64,000 bases of DNA, from the NCBI GenBank assembly GCA_041671125.1, contig JBAZCA010000005.1, positions 85,864-149,863 of the forward strand. The letters are read 5' to 3'. The notes under the pieces were generated by a model. That model made no database searches, was not told the DNA's origin, and saw only the letters and a list, made by a program, of their open reading frames with translations. Within the stretch, counting starts at the first letter, position 1, and the number at the start of each line of letters is the position of its first letter. Positions 43,862-53,039 of the stretch are shown piece after piece. The DNA comes from Patescibacteria group bacterium. Its GTDB lineage: Bacteria; Patescibacteriota; Patescibacteriia; Patescibacteriales; JBAZCA01. A program made the position numbers and the translations under genes.

Positions 43862-45358
43862 ATGGACATAGTCATTAATTTAACCCCATTTATTAATTTT
43901 ACCCAGCTTCCGGCCGATCAGATGTTCCTGACCGTCTTTTTTACGGTTGGCTGGCTTCCGCTTTTTATCCTCTATTTATACGCGTCCAAAGAGCTTTGGC
44001 TTTATTACATCCAGATGAAATGGGGCGGAAAGCAAAGGTATATTTTTCTCGCCATTGACGTGCCGCGCGGCAATGAGCAGTCGCCGAGGGCGGTGGAAAA
44101 TATTTTTTCCTACCTCGCCGGCGGGCACATGAGCATTAATTTTTTTGAAAGATGGTGGCTCGGCGAGTGGCAGGTCCGTTTTTCGCTGGAAGTCGTTTCC
44201 ATTGAAGGCTATATTCAGTACATCATAAGGAGTCCGATTAAGTACCGGGATCTTACCGAAGCGGCGATTTATTCGCAATATCCGGACGCGGAAATTACCG
44301 AGATAAACGACTACTCCAAAGATCCGTCTTTGCCGGAGCGTTTTCCCGACGAGAATTGGGATTTAAATGGCGGGGAATTCACCTACACCAACCCTATGGC
44401 CTATCCGATTAAAACTTACCGCCAATTTGAAATCCAGAACGCCGGAGAAAATGAAGCGGTTTTTAAGGATCCGAACGCGGCCCTGATGGCGCTTTTATCA
44501 AGCCTCGGTCCGGGCGAACAGCTTTGGTATCAGATCCTTATCCAGCCGATCGGTTTTGACTGGATGGGCATGGCCGATGACGAGATAAAAAAAATATTCG
44601 GCGAAGCCATAGCGAAGAAAAAAGGCGCGCTGGAGAGCCTGGCCGATCTGCTCTTGCAGGCTCTGCATGATTTAAGCGAAGCGATTTACCAGCTCTGGGG
44701 TGATATTAAGGACGAAGAGAAAAAGACCGAAGAAAAAAAACCAAAGACCATGATAGAGCTTAATCCGGCGGAAAAGAAAAAGGTGGAAGCGATCCAGGAA
44801 AAAGTTTCCAAAGTTGCTTTTAACGTCAAAATCAGGTATATTTATCTCGCCAAAAAAGAAGTATTCAATAAAGGAAAAGCTTTTGGCGGGTTCGTCGGTT
44901 ACATGAAGCAATTTATTGATCTTGACTTAAATTCCATTAAGCCGGACATGGAACAGACCGTAACCCGGGCGCATTATTTCTATATTGAGTCGCGGAGAAA
45001 CTCTAAAAAAAACAACATATACAGGGGGTACCGGGGCCGGGACGGAGTTATTGGGAAACTGCCGGTAATCATGAACGTGGAAGAGCTGGCTACCCTCTGG
45101 CACTTCCCGCTTGAGAGCGCGGTTAAAGTTCCGCTACTCCAAAAAGCGCCGGGCCGCAAAGCCGAAGCGCCGATGAGCCTGCCGGTTCCGGCCGAAGCCC
45201 GGACCGAAGAATTTTCCGCGTTTTTTGAGGATATCCGGCCTGCTTTTATTTCTTCTTCGCCAAAACCGGCGGAAAGTGGTAAGACGGAAAAAGCTGAAAT
45301 CCCTTCAGGGAAATCCGGCTTAAAAGGTCAGGCGCCGGAGAACCTGCCTTTTGCTTAA
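43862..45358 (+). CDS. Membrane protein (2 N-terminal TM segments plus a large soluble domain), partner of the downstream ATPase
   Basis: 498 aa with TM segments MFLTVFFTVGWLPLFILYLY. I see no recognisable catalytic motif. Confidence 0.6.
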   Translation: MDIVINLTPFINFTQLPADQMFLTVFFTVGWLPLFILYLYASKELWLYYIQMKWGGKQRYIFLAIDVPRGNEQSPRAVENIFSYLAGGHMSINFFERWWLGEWQVRFSLEVVSIEGYIQYIIRSPIKYRDLTEAAIYSQYPDAEITEINDYSKDPSLPERFPDENWDLNGGEFTYTNPMAYPIKTYRQFEIQNAGENEAVFKDPNAALMALLSSLGPGEQLWYQILIQPIGFDWMGMADDEIKKIFGEAIAKKKGALESLADLLLQALHDLSEAIYQLWGDIKDEEKKTEEKKPKTMIELNPAEKKKVEAIQEKVSKVAFNVKIRYIYLAKKEVFNKGKAFGGFVGYMKQFIDLDLNSIKPDMEQTVTRAHYFYIESRRNSKKNNIYRGYRGRDGVIGKLPVIMNVEELATLWHFPLESAVKVPLLQKAPGRKAEAPMSLPVPAEARTEEFSAFFEDIRPAFISSSPKPAESGKTEKAEIPSGKSGLKGQAPENLPFA

Positions 45359-45360
45359 AT

Positions 45361-45393
45361 AATTACAAATTAAGAATTACGAATTAAAAATTA
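45361..45393. repeat. Left inverted repeat flanking the four-helix-bundle gene
   Basis: aattacaaattaagaattacgaattaaaaatt differs at 2 of 32 positions from the reverse complement of 45751-45784. Confidence 0.85.
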
Positions 45394-45759
45394 ATGAAAG
45401 ATAATGTAATTAAACATAAAAGTTACAAGTTTGCGTTAAGAATAATTGGATTGTATAAATATCTTGTTTCAAATAAAAAAGAATTTGTTATCGCAAAACA
45501 AGTATTAAGAAGCGGAACTTCTATAGGAGCAAACGTTGAAGAAGCGATTGGCGGTCAATCGGATAAGGACTTTATTTCCAAGATGTCTATCGCTTATAAA
45601 GAAGCAAGAGAAACTAATTATTGGATTAATTTGCTGGAAGATTCCGGATATATAGATGTTAAAGCGGCGGAATCAATTAAGAAAGATTGCATTGAGTTAT
45701 GCAGAATAATTGCCAGAATAAAAATGACAATGAAAAGTAAAAATAAAAACAATTCTTAA
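45394..45759 (+). CDS. Four-helix-bundle protein (family formerly called 23S rRNA intervening-sequence protein)
   Basis: YKFALRIIGLYKYL...QVLRSGTSIGANVEEAIGGQSDKDFISKMSIAYKEARETNYWINLL matches the family pattern (..RS.TSIGANI.EA..A.S..DF..K..IA.KEA.ET.YWL.LL). Confidence 0.8.
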   Translation: MKDNVIKHKSYKFALRIIGLYKYLVSNKKEFVIAKQVLRSGTSIGANVEEAIGGQSDKDFISKMSIAYKEARETNYWINLLEDSGYIDVKAAESIKKDCIELCRIIARIKMTMKSKNKNNS

Positions 45760-45784
45760 TTCGTAATTTTTAATTTGTAATTTA
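45751..45784. repeat. Right inverted repeat flanking the four-helix-bundle gene
   Basis: The sequence is aattcttaattcgtaatttttaatttgtaattta. It includes the last 3 codons of the gene and fills the gap up to the next ATG. Confidence 0.85.
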
Positions 45785-47851
45785 ATGAGTAGTAACGACA
45801 TAACATTATTCGGCATCACTACGTTCCGCAATAAGAACCGCGCTTTTGGCATCAAACTCGATGACCGGCGGCGGCATATGTATGTTATTGGAAAGACCGG
45901 AATGGGAAAGTCTACCCTTTTGGAAAATATGATTGTCGGTGATATCCGGGCCGGCCGGGGGGTAGCGGTGGTTGATCCGCACGGCGACCTCGCGGAAAAG
46001 GTGATTGACTTTATTCCGAGCGACCGGATTAACGATGTAATATATTTTAATCCGTCCGACATGGAATTTCCAATCGCTTTTAACATCCTGGAACGGGTGG
46101 AGCCGCATCTGCGGCATCTCGTCGCTTCCGGATTGATCGGAGTTTTTCAGAAACTCTGGGCCGACTCCTGGGGGCCGCGGCTGGAATATATTTTAAGGAA
46201 TACTATCCTCGCGGTTTTAGATTATCCGGGCGCGACTCTTTTAGCCGTCACCCGGATGCTTTCCGACAAAGATTTCAGGAAAAAGGTGGTGGATAAAACA
46301 TTAGATCCGGTAGTGAAAACTTTTTGGACCAAAGAATTCGCCGGTTACGCCGACAAGTTCGCTTCAGAAGCCGTTTCCCCGATCCAAAACAAAGTCGGCC
46401 AATTTTTATCCAGTTCGCTCATAAGAAATATTATCGGTCAGGTTAAATCTTCCATAGACGTCCGAAAAATTATGGACGAAGGGAAAATTTTAATCATGAA
46501 CCTTTCTAAAGGCCGCATCGGCGAAGATAATTCGGCTTTGCTCGGGAGCATGATGATCACGAAAATCCAGCTGGCGGCCATGAGCCGGGTTGACGTGCCC
46601 GAAGCCGAGCGCCACGATTTTTATCTTTACGTTGATGAATTCCAGAATTTCGCCACTGACAGTTTTGCCAATATTTTATCCGAAGCCCGGAAATACCACC
46701 TTAACTTAATTATGGGCCACCAATACGTTGAACAGCTCGGAGATGTCGTAAAAGCCGCGGTTTTCGGTAATGTCGGAACTTTAGTAGTCTTCCGCGTCGG
46801 CGCCATTGACGCCGAAGAGTTAGTAAAAGAATTTACCCCGACTTTTACCGAAGAAGATTTAGTTAACCTGCCAAAATACGAAATGTATTTAAAGCTGATG
46901 ATTGACGGAGTGTCTTCGGATCCTTTTTCCGCCCGGGGTCTTCCGCCGATCGGGGAGGAAATAAAAACCGACAGCGCCGAAAAAGTTATTAAAGTTTCCC
47001 GGGAGCGCTACGCCAGGAAAAAAGACGAAGTTGAGGAAAAAATAATGAAATGGCACGCCATTGACGAGGTGATAAATAAGGCGCCGGATAAAACCGGCGC
47101 GAGGAACGCTTCGGCCGGGAAAAACGCGCCTTCCGGAAAAAACGCGGGGCAGGGAAAAGAGGGCGGAAAAAAAGATAAAAAAACATTTACCGCCCTAGCC
47201 TCAAAGGCTTCAGAAACTCGTGGTAAAATTTACAGCAAGCCGGATGATAAGCTCCGATCCGTTCCTGTTGCGCTTCGCCAGCCGGCGGATATGGAAAATA
47301 AATCGGACAATGAGCCGTTTATTGTTTCGTCCCGTGAAGACATGGAAATCAAGAAAGCTTTGGAGGGTAAACCCGGGGATAGCGAGACGTATAAATATGA
47401 AGCTGTTTGTTCAAGATGCGCCGGCGCGGCTCGGATCTCCTTTCCGCCGGACGGCATCCGACCGATTTTTTGCAAGAACTGCCTGACGGAAATTAAAAAG
47501 GAAAAAGTCAGCGAAATGGAAGAACGGAAAAAAAATAAGCGCGAAGAGCTGGAAAAGCTCGCCAGAAAAGAACTGGAGAAAGAGAAAGCCCGGTCTGCCC
47601 GGCGGACCGGCGGCGACAGTCCTTCGCGGGAAAAAAATGTTTTGGACGGAAATAAAACCGAAGCCGAAAAAAAGAGCTTATTCACCAATAAAGAATTTGA
47701 AAAAGACTGGAAAGAAATTTCCTTAAGCGAGCTTGCCAGCTTTGTTCCGGTTAAGTTCGGAGACCTGAAAAAAGAAAAAGTTAACGATGAAAAAGGCGGC
47801 AACGGAGCGAAAAATATGGTTCCCGGAAAACCGGTTAAGATCGGATTATAA
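45785..47851 (+). CDS. VirD4/TraD-like (FtsK/HerA superfamily) P-loop ATPase without a TM domain, with a C-terminal zinc ribbon
   Basis: Walker A GKTGMGKST and Walker B FYLYVDEFQNF. The C-terminal part is K/E-rich and carries CSRCAGAARISFPPDGIRPIFCKNC. Confidence 0.75.
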   Translation: MSSNDITLFGITTFRNKNRAFGIKLDDRRRHMYVIGKTGMGKSTLLENMIVGDIRAGRGVAVVDPHGDLAEKVIDFIPSDRINDVIYFNPSDMEFPIAFNILERVEPHLRHLVASGLIGVFQKLWADSWGPRLEYILRNTILAVLDYPGATLLAVTRMLSDKDFRKKVVDKTLDPVVKTFWTKEFAGYADKFASEAVSPIQNKVGQFLSSSLIRNIIGQVKSSIDVRKIMDEGKILIMNLSKGRIGEDNSALLGSMMITKIQLAAMSRVDVPEAERHDFYLYVDEFQNFATDSFANILSEARKYHLNLIMGHQYVEQLGDVVKAAVFGNVGTLVVFRVGAIDAEELVKEFTPTFTEEDLVNLPKYEMYLKLMIDGVSSDPFSARGLPPIGEEIKTDSAEKVIKVSRERYARKKDEVEEKIMKWHAIDEVINKAPDKTGARNASAGKNAPSGKNAGQGKEGGKKDKKTFTALASKASETRGKIYSKPDDKLRSVPVALRQPADMENKSDNEPFIVSSREDMEIKKALEGKPGDSETYKYEAVCSRCAGAARISFPPDGIRPIFCKNCLTEIKKEKVSEMEERKKNKREELEKLARKELEKEKARSARRTGGDSPSREKNVLDGNKTEAEKKSLFTNKEFEKDWKEISLSELASFVPVKFGDLKKEKVNDEKGGNGAKNMVPGKPVKIGL

Positions 47852-47868
47852 TTAGACCCCCTCCCTAA

Positions 47869-47901
47869 CCCTCCCCCTATCGCTATCGCTCAGGGGGAGG
47901 G
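47869..47901. repeat. GC-rich palindromic element, copy A (CCCTCCCCCT...AGGGGGAGGG)
   Basis: The sequence is ccctccccctatcgctatcgctcagggggaggg, with a 10-bp perfect stem. Confidence 0.85.
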
Positions 47902-47949
47902 TATAATAAGGAGCCCGGGGTGAGGGTTAACAGAATTATTTTTTAAAAT

Positions 47950-48702
47950 ATGCATTTAAAAACCAGCCTGCACATCCACACCAAAGAGGACGTTTCGGAC
48001 GGACACGCCATAAGCTACGATGTTTACGGCCTTATTGACCGGGCGAGCGAGCTCGGGTTTGACGTTTTGGGGCTGACCTGCCACCGGAAATTCGTTTATA
48101 AGAAAGAGCACGGCGAGTATGCCCAGAAAAAGGGAATCACGCTCATACCGGGAATTGAGCTGGCGCTAAATTTTTTTTTCCGCCAAAATCATGTCCTCGT
48201 GTTAAACTGCGACCGGTCGGCCGAAGAAATAAAAAGTTTCGCCGAATTGTCGCGTTATAAGAAAGACAATCCACATGTTTTTGTAATCGCTCCGCATCCG
48301 GCCTCGGCTTCCGGAATTCTCGGTTCAATCGGCAAAAGAAAACTGAAAAAGTTCATTCATATTTTTGACGCCGTTGAACACTCCTGGCTTTATACCCGCC
48401 GGTTTAACCAGAATCGCAAAGCCGAAAAAATCGCCAGAGGGCGCGGACTGCCGTTTATCGCCACTTCCGATATTCATACCATGAAATATTTTAATACCGA
48501 CTACCTTATCGTTGACTCGCCCGATAAGGAGGTTGCTTCGGTTTTTAGCGCGATTCGGACGGGGAAATATATAAGCTGTACCCGGCCAAAAAGAGTTTTA
48601 AGCGTCTTTTTCATGCTTTCGTTTTTCTATCTTATATACATACTTAAAATTCCTTTGAAATTTTACCGCCAGAAGAATCTTAGCGTTACGGCCCACGAAT
48701 GA
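47950..48702 (+). CDS. PHP-domain phosphoesterase with a C-terminal TM segment
   Basis: N-terminal LHIHTKEDVSDGH and later ATSDIH. Confidence 0.65.
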   Translation: MHLKTSLHIHTKEDVSDGHAISYDVYGLIDRASELGFDVLGLTCHRKFVYKKEHGEYAQKKGITLIPGIELALNFFFRQNHVLVLNCDRSAEEIKSFAELSRYKKDNPHVFVIAPHPASASGILGSIGKRKLKKFIHIFDAVEHSWLYTRRFNQNRKAEKIARGRGLPFIATSDIHTMKYFNTDYLIVDSPDKEVASVFSAIRTGKYISCTRPKRVLSVFFMLSFFYLIYILKIPLKFYRQKNLSVTAHE

Positions 48703-50228
48703 ATAAAAATGATTACCTAAAAATAGGCAAGGCGACTGATCTTACCGGATCGGATCGAAAACTCTACCGGGCATTTGAGATGTTGCCGGGCATTCTCTCT
48801 TGGGGGACTCTTTCAGGCTTGGTATTATTTTCTTTTTTAAAGCCCGTTTGGGTGGCTTATTTTATTATCGCGTTTGACGTTTACTGGCTCCTTCTCGTTG
48901 TTTACCTTGGCATCCATCTTTTTATTTCTTACCGTAAAATGAAAGAAAATCTTAGGGTTGACTGGCGGGCCGAATGCCAAAAAATTTCCGGCTGGAACGA
49001 AATTTACCATCTTATCATACTGCCTACCTATAATGAATCTTACGAGATTATCCGGCCGGGCATTGAGGCGCTTTCAGCCGAGGGCTATCCGCGCGAAAAG
49101 ATGATCGTGGTATTAGCTATTGAAGAGCGGGAGGGGCCGGCCGGAGAAGAAAAAGCCCGCCGCCTGGAAAAAGAGTATGGCAATTCGTTCATGAAATTTT
49201 TCATTACCCGCCATCCGGACAACATTCCCGGCGAGTTGAAAGGCAAAGGCGCTAACCAGTCGTTCGCCGCTCGCGAAGCCAAGGAAAAAATAATTGACGC
49301 CGAAAAGATTGATTATGATAAAATACTGGTAAGCGTTTTTGACATTGACACTATTATTTATTCGGGGTATTTTTACCGGCTGACGCACGCCTTTTTAACT
49401 GTTCCCGACCCTTACCGGGCAAGTTACCAGCCAATTCCGCTTTACCATAATAATGTCTGGCGGGCGCCGTTTTTCGCCCGGGTGGCGGCGTCGTCCAATA
49501 CTTTTTGGCAGATGATGCAACAGGTGCGGCAGGAAAAATTAGCCACTTATTCTTCTCATTCCATGACTTGGCGAGCGCTTTACGAGATGGGGTTCTGGTC
49601 GATCAGCATGGTTTCGGAAGATTCGCGGATTTTTTGGCATGGGTTCTGTCATTACAACGGCGATTACCGGGTAGAGCCGCTTTATTTTCCCCTGTCCATG
49701 GATGTTACTATGGATAAAAGCCCCATCGCCACCATGAAAAGCCTTTACCGCCAGCAACGGCGCTGGGGCTGGGGAGTGGAAAACGTGCCTTATCTCTGTT
49801 TTAATTTCATTAAAAATTTTAAAACCGCCCCCAAGGGAAAATATTTGGGTCGGATTTTCGTCCAAGTTTACGGGTTCCATTCTTGGGCGACCAACGCCCT
49901 TATCATCGGCGTTATCGGCTGGCTGCCGGTTTTAATTGGCGGCCGGGATTTTAATGCCATGGTTATATCATCCAACCTGCCGTTCGTTACCCGGATGCTG
50001 ATGACTTTCGCCATGATCGGCCTCGTATTTTCCGCCGTCATCTCAACCCTGCTTCTTCCGTCGCGCCCGAAAAATTACGGTTTTGGCAAGAGCCTCTCCA
50101 TGTTTTTGCAGTGGCTGGTTTTACCGGTGAGCATTATTGTTTTCGGCTCCATCCCGGGCATAGAGGCCCAGACCCGCCTCGCGCTCGGAAAGTATCTCGG
50201 GTTTTTCGTAACGCCGAAGGAAAGATAA
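48699..50228 (+). CDS. Membrane-embedded family-2 glycosyltransferase (processive type)
   Basis: ILPTYNESYEII, a DxD-type context (VFDIDT) and QQRRWGWG (QxxRW). Multiple TM segments flank the catalytic domain. Confidence 0.75.
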   Translation: MNKNDYLKIGKATDLTGSDRKLYRAFEMLPGILSWGTLSGLVLFSFLKPVWVAYFIIAFDVYWLLLVVYLGIHLFISYRKMKENLRVDWRAECQKISGWNEIYHLIILPTYNESYEIIRPGIEALSAEGYPREKMIVVLAIEEREGPAGEEKARRLEKEYGNSFMKFFITRHPDNIPGELKGKGANQSFAAREAKEKIIDAEKIDYDKILVSVFDIDTIIYSGYFYRLTHAFLTVPDPYRASYQPIPLYHNNVWRAPFFARVAASSNTFWQMMQQVRQEKLATYSSHSMTWRALYEMGFWSISMVSEDSRIFWHGFCHYNGDYRVEPLYFPLSMDVTMDKSPIATMKSLYRQQRRWGWGVENVPYLCFNFIKNFKTAPKGKYLGRIFVQVYGFHSWATNALIIGVIGWLPVLIGGRDFNAMVISSNLPFVTRMLMTFAMIGLVFSAVISTLLLPSRPKNYGFGKSLSMFLQWLVLPVSIIVFGSIPGIEAQTRLALGKYLGFFVTPKER

Positions 50229-50237
50229 GGGAGCCGA

Positions 50238-50386
50238 AAGCCGCGAAGCATTCGCTTTTCTCACTGCGGAAATCTTCGCATTCACACGTAAGATAGAATT
50301 ATGCTTAATGGCCTTTTTTGTCAAAATGATTAGCTGGTCAGCGCGATACATGTCCTCGTTTCAAAAAGCGAATGCTTCGCGGCTTT
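50238..50386. repeat. Long palindrome: 23-nt perfect inverted repeat around a ~104-nt centre
   Basis: aaagccgcgaagcattcgctttt (about 50238-50260) is the reverse complement of aaaagcgaatgcttcgcggcttt (about 50364-50386). A T-run follows the right arm. Confidence 0.8.
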
Positions 50387-50395
50387 TTAAAAAAA

Positions 50396-51436
50396 ATGAT
50401 ATTAAGATTTACTAAAATACTCATTGCTCTCGCCTGGTTTTTATTGGTTTTACGGCTGGTAACCATGCCAATGCCGTATTACCCGGAGGCGATTGAAAGG
50501 ATTACTTTGGCCGATAAGCTGGTTCATTTTATTTTGTTCGGGGGCCTTTTTTATTTCCTCGCGGACGCGTTTTTAAAAAAGGGTTTTTCCGGCTCGCTTA
50601 ACCGGGCTTTGGTAGGCTCAGCCGAATCGCTGGCTGGCTGGCGATGGGCAGTTTATCCGAGCCTGGGGTTTAGCGTTATTTTTTCTTTTTTTACCGAATA
50701 CCTTCAGCTTTATATCCCGAGCCGCACCTCTTCTTTGTATGACACCGTTGCTGGACTGGTTGGTATCGCTTTTTTCACCCTGGCATTTTGGAAAGTTAAA
50801 CAGCCGAAAAAGCCAACATTGCTTTTACACGTCTGCTGTATCGGCTGTGGGGCTTACGTGAGCCGGACACTGAAAAATGAATTTAAAGTCAGCCTGCTTT
50901 ATTATAACCCCAACATTTTTCCGGCTGAAGAATATAAAAAAAGATTGGAAGAAACCAAAAGGATCGCGAAAAAATTTCGCCTGCCACTTTTAACGGAAGA
51001 ATACGACCATAAAAAATGGCTAAAAAAAGTTAAGGGTTTGGAAAAAGAGCCGGAAAAAGGGAAGCGCTGTCTCGTCTGCTATGAAGACCGGCTAACCGCC
51101 GCCGCCCGCCTGGCTAAAGAAAAGAAATTGGAATACTTCACTTCCACCCTCACCGTCAGTCCCTATAAAGACGCCAAAGCTATTAATGAAATCGGAAAAA
51201 AGCTGGAAAAAAAATACAAAGTGAAATTTTACCAGGCCGATTTTAAGAAGAATGACGGTTTTAAAAAGTCCTGCGCCCTGTCGCGCGAACTAAACCTTTA
51301 CCGCCAGGATTATTGCGGGTGCGATTTTTCGAGGAGAAATTTTACCGGAAAAGTCCAGGCTTCTTCCGGAAGGCTGCCGGACAAAACGTCGGAAAAGGCG
51401 GATAGGTTTACCAAGCCATTGAAAAATAAAGAATAA
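50396..51436 (+). CDS. queH: Fusion of a VanZ-like membrane domain with epoxyqueuosine reductase QueH (DUF208)
   Basis: The N-terminus has LADKLVHFILFGGLFYFL (VanZ-like). The C-terminus has LLLHVCCIGCGAYV...YYNPNIFP...RCLVCYEDRL...TLTVSPYKD...YRQDYCGCDFS (QueH Cys pattern). I prefer the ATG at 50396 because the ORF-track start at 50372 lies inside the palindrome arm. Confidence 0.7.
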   Translation: MILRFTKILIALAWFLLVLRLVTMPMPYYPEAIERITLADKLVHFILFGGLFYFLADAFLKKGFSGSLNRALVGSAESLAGWRWAVYPSLGFSVIFSFFTEYLQLYIPSRTSSLYDTVAGLVGIAFFTLAFWKVKQPKKPTLLLHVCCIGCGAYVSRTLKNEFKVSLLYYNPNIFPAEEYKKRLEETKRIAKKFRLPLLTEEYDHKKWLKKVKGLEKEPEKGKRCLVCYEDRLTAAARLAKEKKLEYFTSTLTVSPYKDAKAINEIGKKLEKKYKVKFYQADFKKNDGFKKSCALSRELNLYRQDYCGCDFSRRNFTGKVQASSGRLPDKTSEKADRFTKPLKNKE

Positions 51437-51475
51437 GGGGATATAATTTAACTGTGAGCGTAACCCAATAATTTT

Positions 51476-52519
51476 ATGGACATAGCTAAATATTTTCAGG
51501 AGGCGATTGACAACAAAGCGTCGGATATCCATCTCGTAGCCGGAAGCATACCGGCTCACAGGATTAACGGCGAGCTTGTTAAATTAAACCATCATCCGCT
51601 GGACGGGGGAGAGCTTGAGAAGGCTATTTATTCGCTTATTGACAATGAGACTATGGAGAGATTTAAGCGAAAGAAAGAACTGGATTTTTCCCGGGAATTT
51701 TTCGGTTCCCGCTTCCGCCTGAACCTCCATTTTCAGGAAGGGAAAATCGCCCTGGCCGGCCGGCTGGTTCCTAAATATGTTCCCAAGCCGGAAGAGATTG
51801 ATTTTAGTGAGGTGATATATAAACTCACCCATCTCCAGGACGGGCTGATTCTCGTTACCGGACCTTCGGGCAACGGAAAGTCCACGACTCTCGCTACCAT
51901 GATTGATATTATCAACCAGGAACGGAAATCGCATATCATCACCATTGAAGACCCGATTGAATACATGTTTGAGGAAAAGCAAAGCATAATTGAGCAGCGG
52001 GAAGTCGGCTCAGACACCAACAGTTTTGCCCGGGCGCTGAAATACGCCCTAAGGGAAGATCCGAATGTTATTATGGTGGGAGAAATGCGGGATCTTGAAA
52101 CGATTTCCGCCTGCCTCACGGCGGCCGAGACCGGCCACCTTGTATTATCAACCCTCCATACATCAACGGCGCCGGAAACTATTTCAAGAATCGTTGATGT
52201 TTTTCCGGCCCATCAGCAGCAGGAAGTTTTAAACATGCTTTCAACCGTTCTGCGCGCTATAATCACCCAGCAGCTTTTGCCGAAAAAGGGCGGCGGGAGA
52301 GTCGTTGCCCGAGAGTTATTATTAAACAATCAGGCAGTCTCCAGCTTAATCAGAAGGAACCAGATTGGTCAAATTTTAACTGTTATTCAGACCAGCCATC
52401 AGGACGGCATGGTTACCATGAATAAATCCATTGACCGGCTTTACGACCAGGGCAAGATTACCGAGGAAACAGCCAATAATCGGAAAAGAAACCTGGAAAC
52501 CCAGGCGGTGTATTATTAG
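51476..52519 (+). CDS. pilT: Type IV pilus retraction ATPase PilT
   Basis: ASDIHL, Walker A GPSGNGKST, IITIEDPIE, REDPNVIMVGEMRD and TGHLVLSTLHT. Confidence 0.9.
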   Translation: MDIAKYFQEAIDNKASDIHLVAGSIPAHRINGELVKLNHHPLDGGELEKAIYSLIDNETMERFKRKKELDFSREFFGSRFRLNLHFQEGKIALAGRLVPKYVPKPEEIDFSEVIYKLTHLQDGLILVTGPSGNGKSTTLATMIDIINQERKSHIITIEDPIEYMFEEKQSIIEQREVGSDTNSFARALKYALREDPNVIMVGEMRDLETISACLTAAETGHLVLSTLHTSTAPETISRIVDVFPAHQQQEVLNMLSTVLRAIITQQLLPKKGGGRVVARELLLNNQAVSSLIRRNQIGQILTVIQTSHQDGMVTMNKSIDRLYDQGKITEETANNRKRNLETQAVYY

Positions 52520-52636
52520 AATTTTTAATTTTGTAATTTTTAATTTTTAAAGCTCGGTACTAAACAATAAACCGGCTATTTAAAAATAAGGCTCATACAT
52601 TAAAAATTCAAAAATTCAAAATTAAAAATTCTATCT

Positions 52637-52966
52637 ATGACTCCTGAACGCTGGAAAGACATTCTCGGCAATGTCAAAGACAATTTTGAAGTGGAAGAAG
52701 AGGGGAATTTTCATGATGATGAAGAAGGCGGGATTGACGGGGAATTCATCATTTTTGCCGGACCGCTTGGGCAAATGAAGCTTGAATATTCGGAAAAACC
52801 GGCGGTGGTTGACAAAAAAGTGAGTTTTTCTAACCGCATTGGCGCGAGAAGCGAAGTAAAATATATTTACAGCGAAAAGGAGAAAGTCCGCAAAATGAAA
52901 GCCTATAAATGGGACGACGCTGACGAGCGCTGGGTGGAAATGGAAGCGAAGAACTTTAATTTATAG
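52637..52966 (+). CDS. Hypothetical acidic protein (109 aa)
   Basis: An ORF with coding-like composition and no recognisable motif. Confidence 0.5.
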   Translation: MTPERWKDILGNVKDNFEVEEEGNFHDDEEGGIDGEFIIFAGPLGQMKLEYSEKPAVVDKKVSFSNRIGARSEVKYIYSEKEKVRKMKAYKWDDADERWVEMEAKNFNL

Positions 52967-53039
52967 CCAATACATTATTTGCGAATGAGGAAATCGTTTT
53001 TTTGAATTCGTAATTCTGCATTCGTAATTCGTAAATCTT

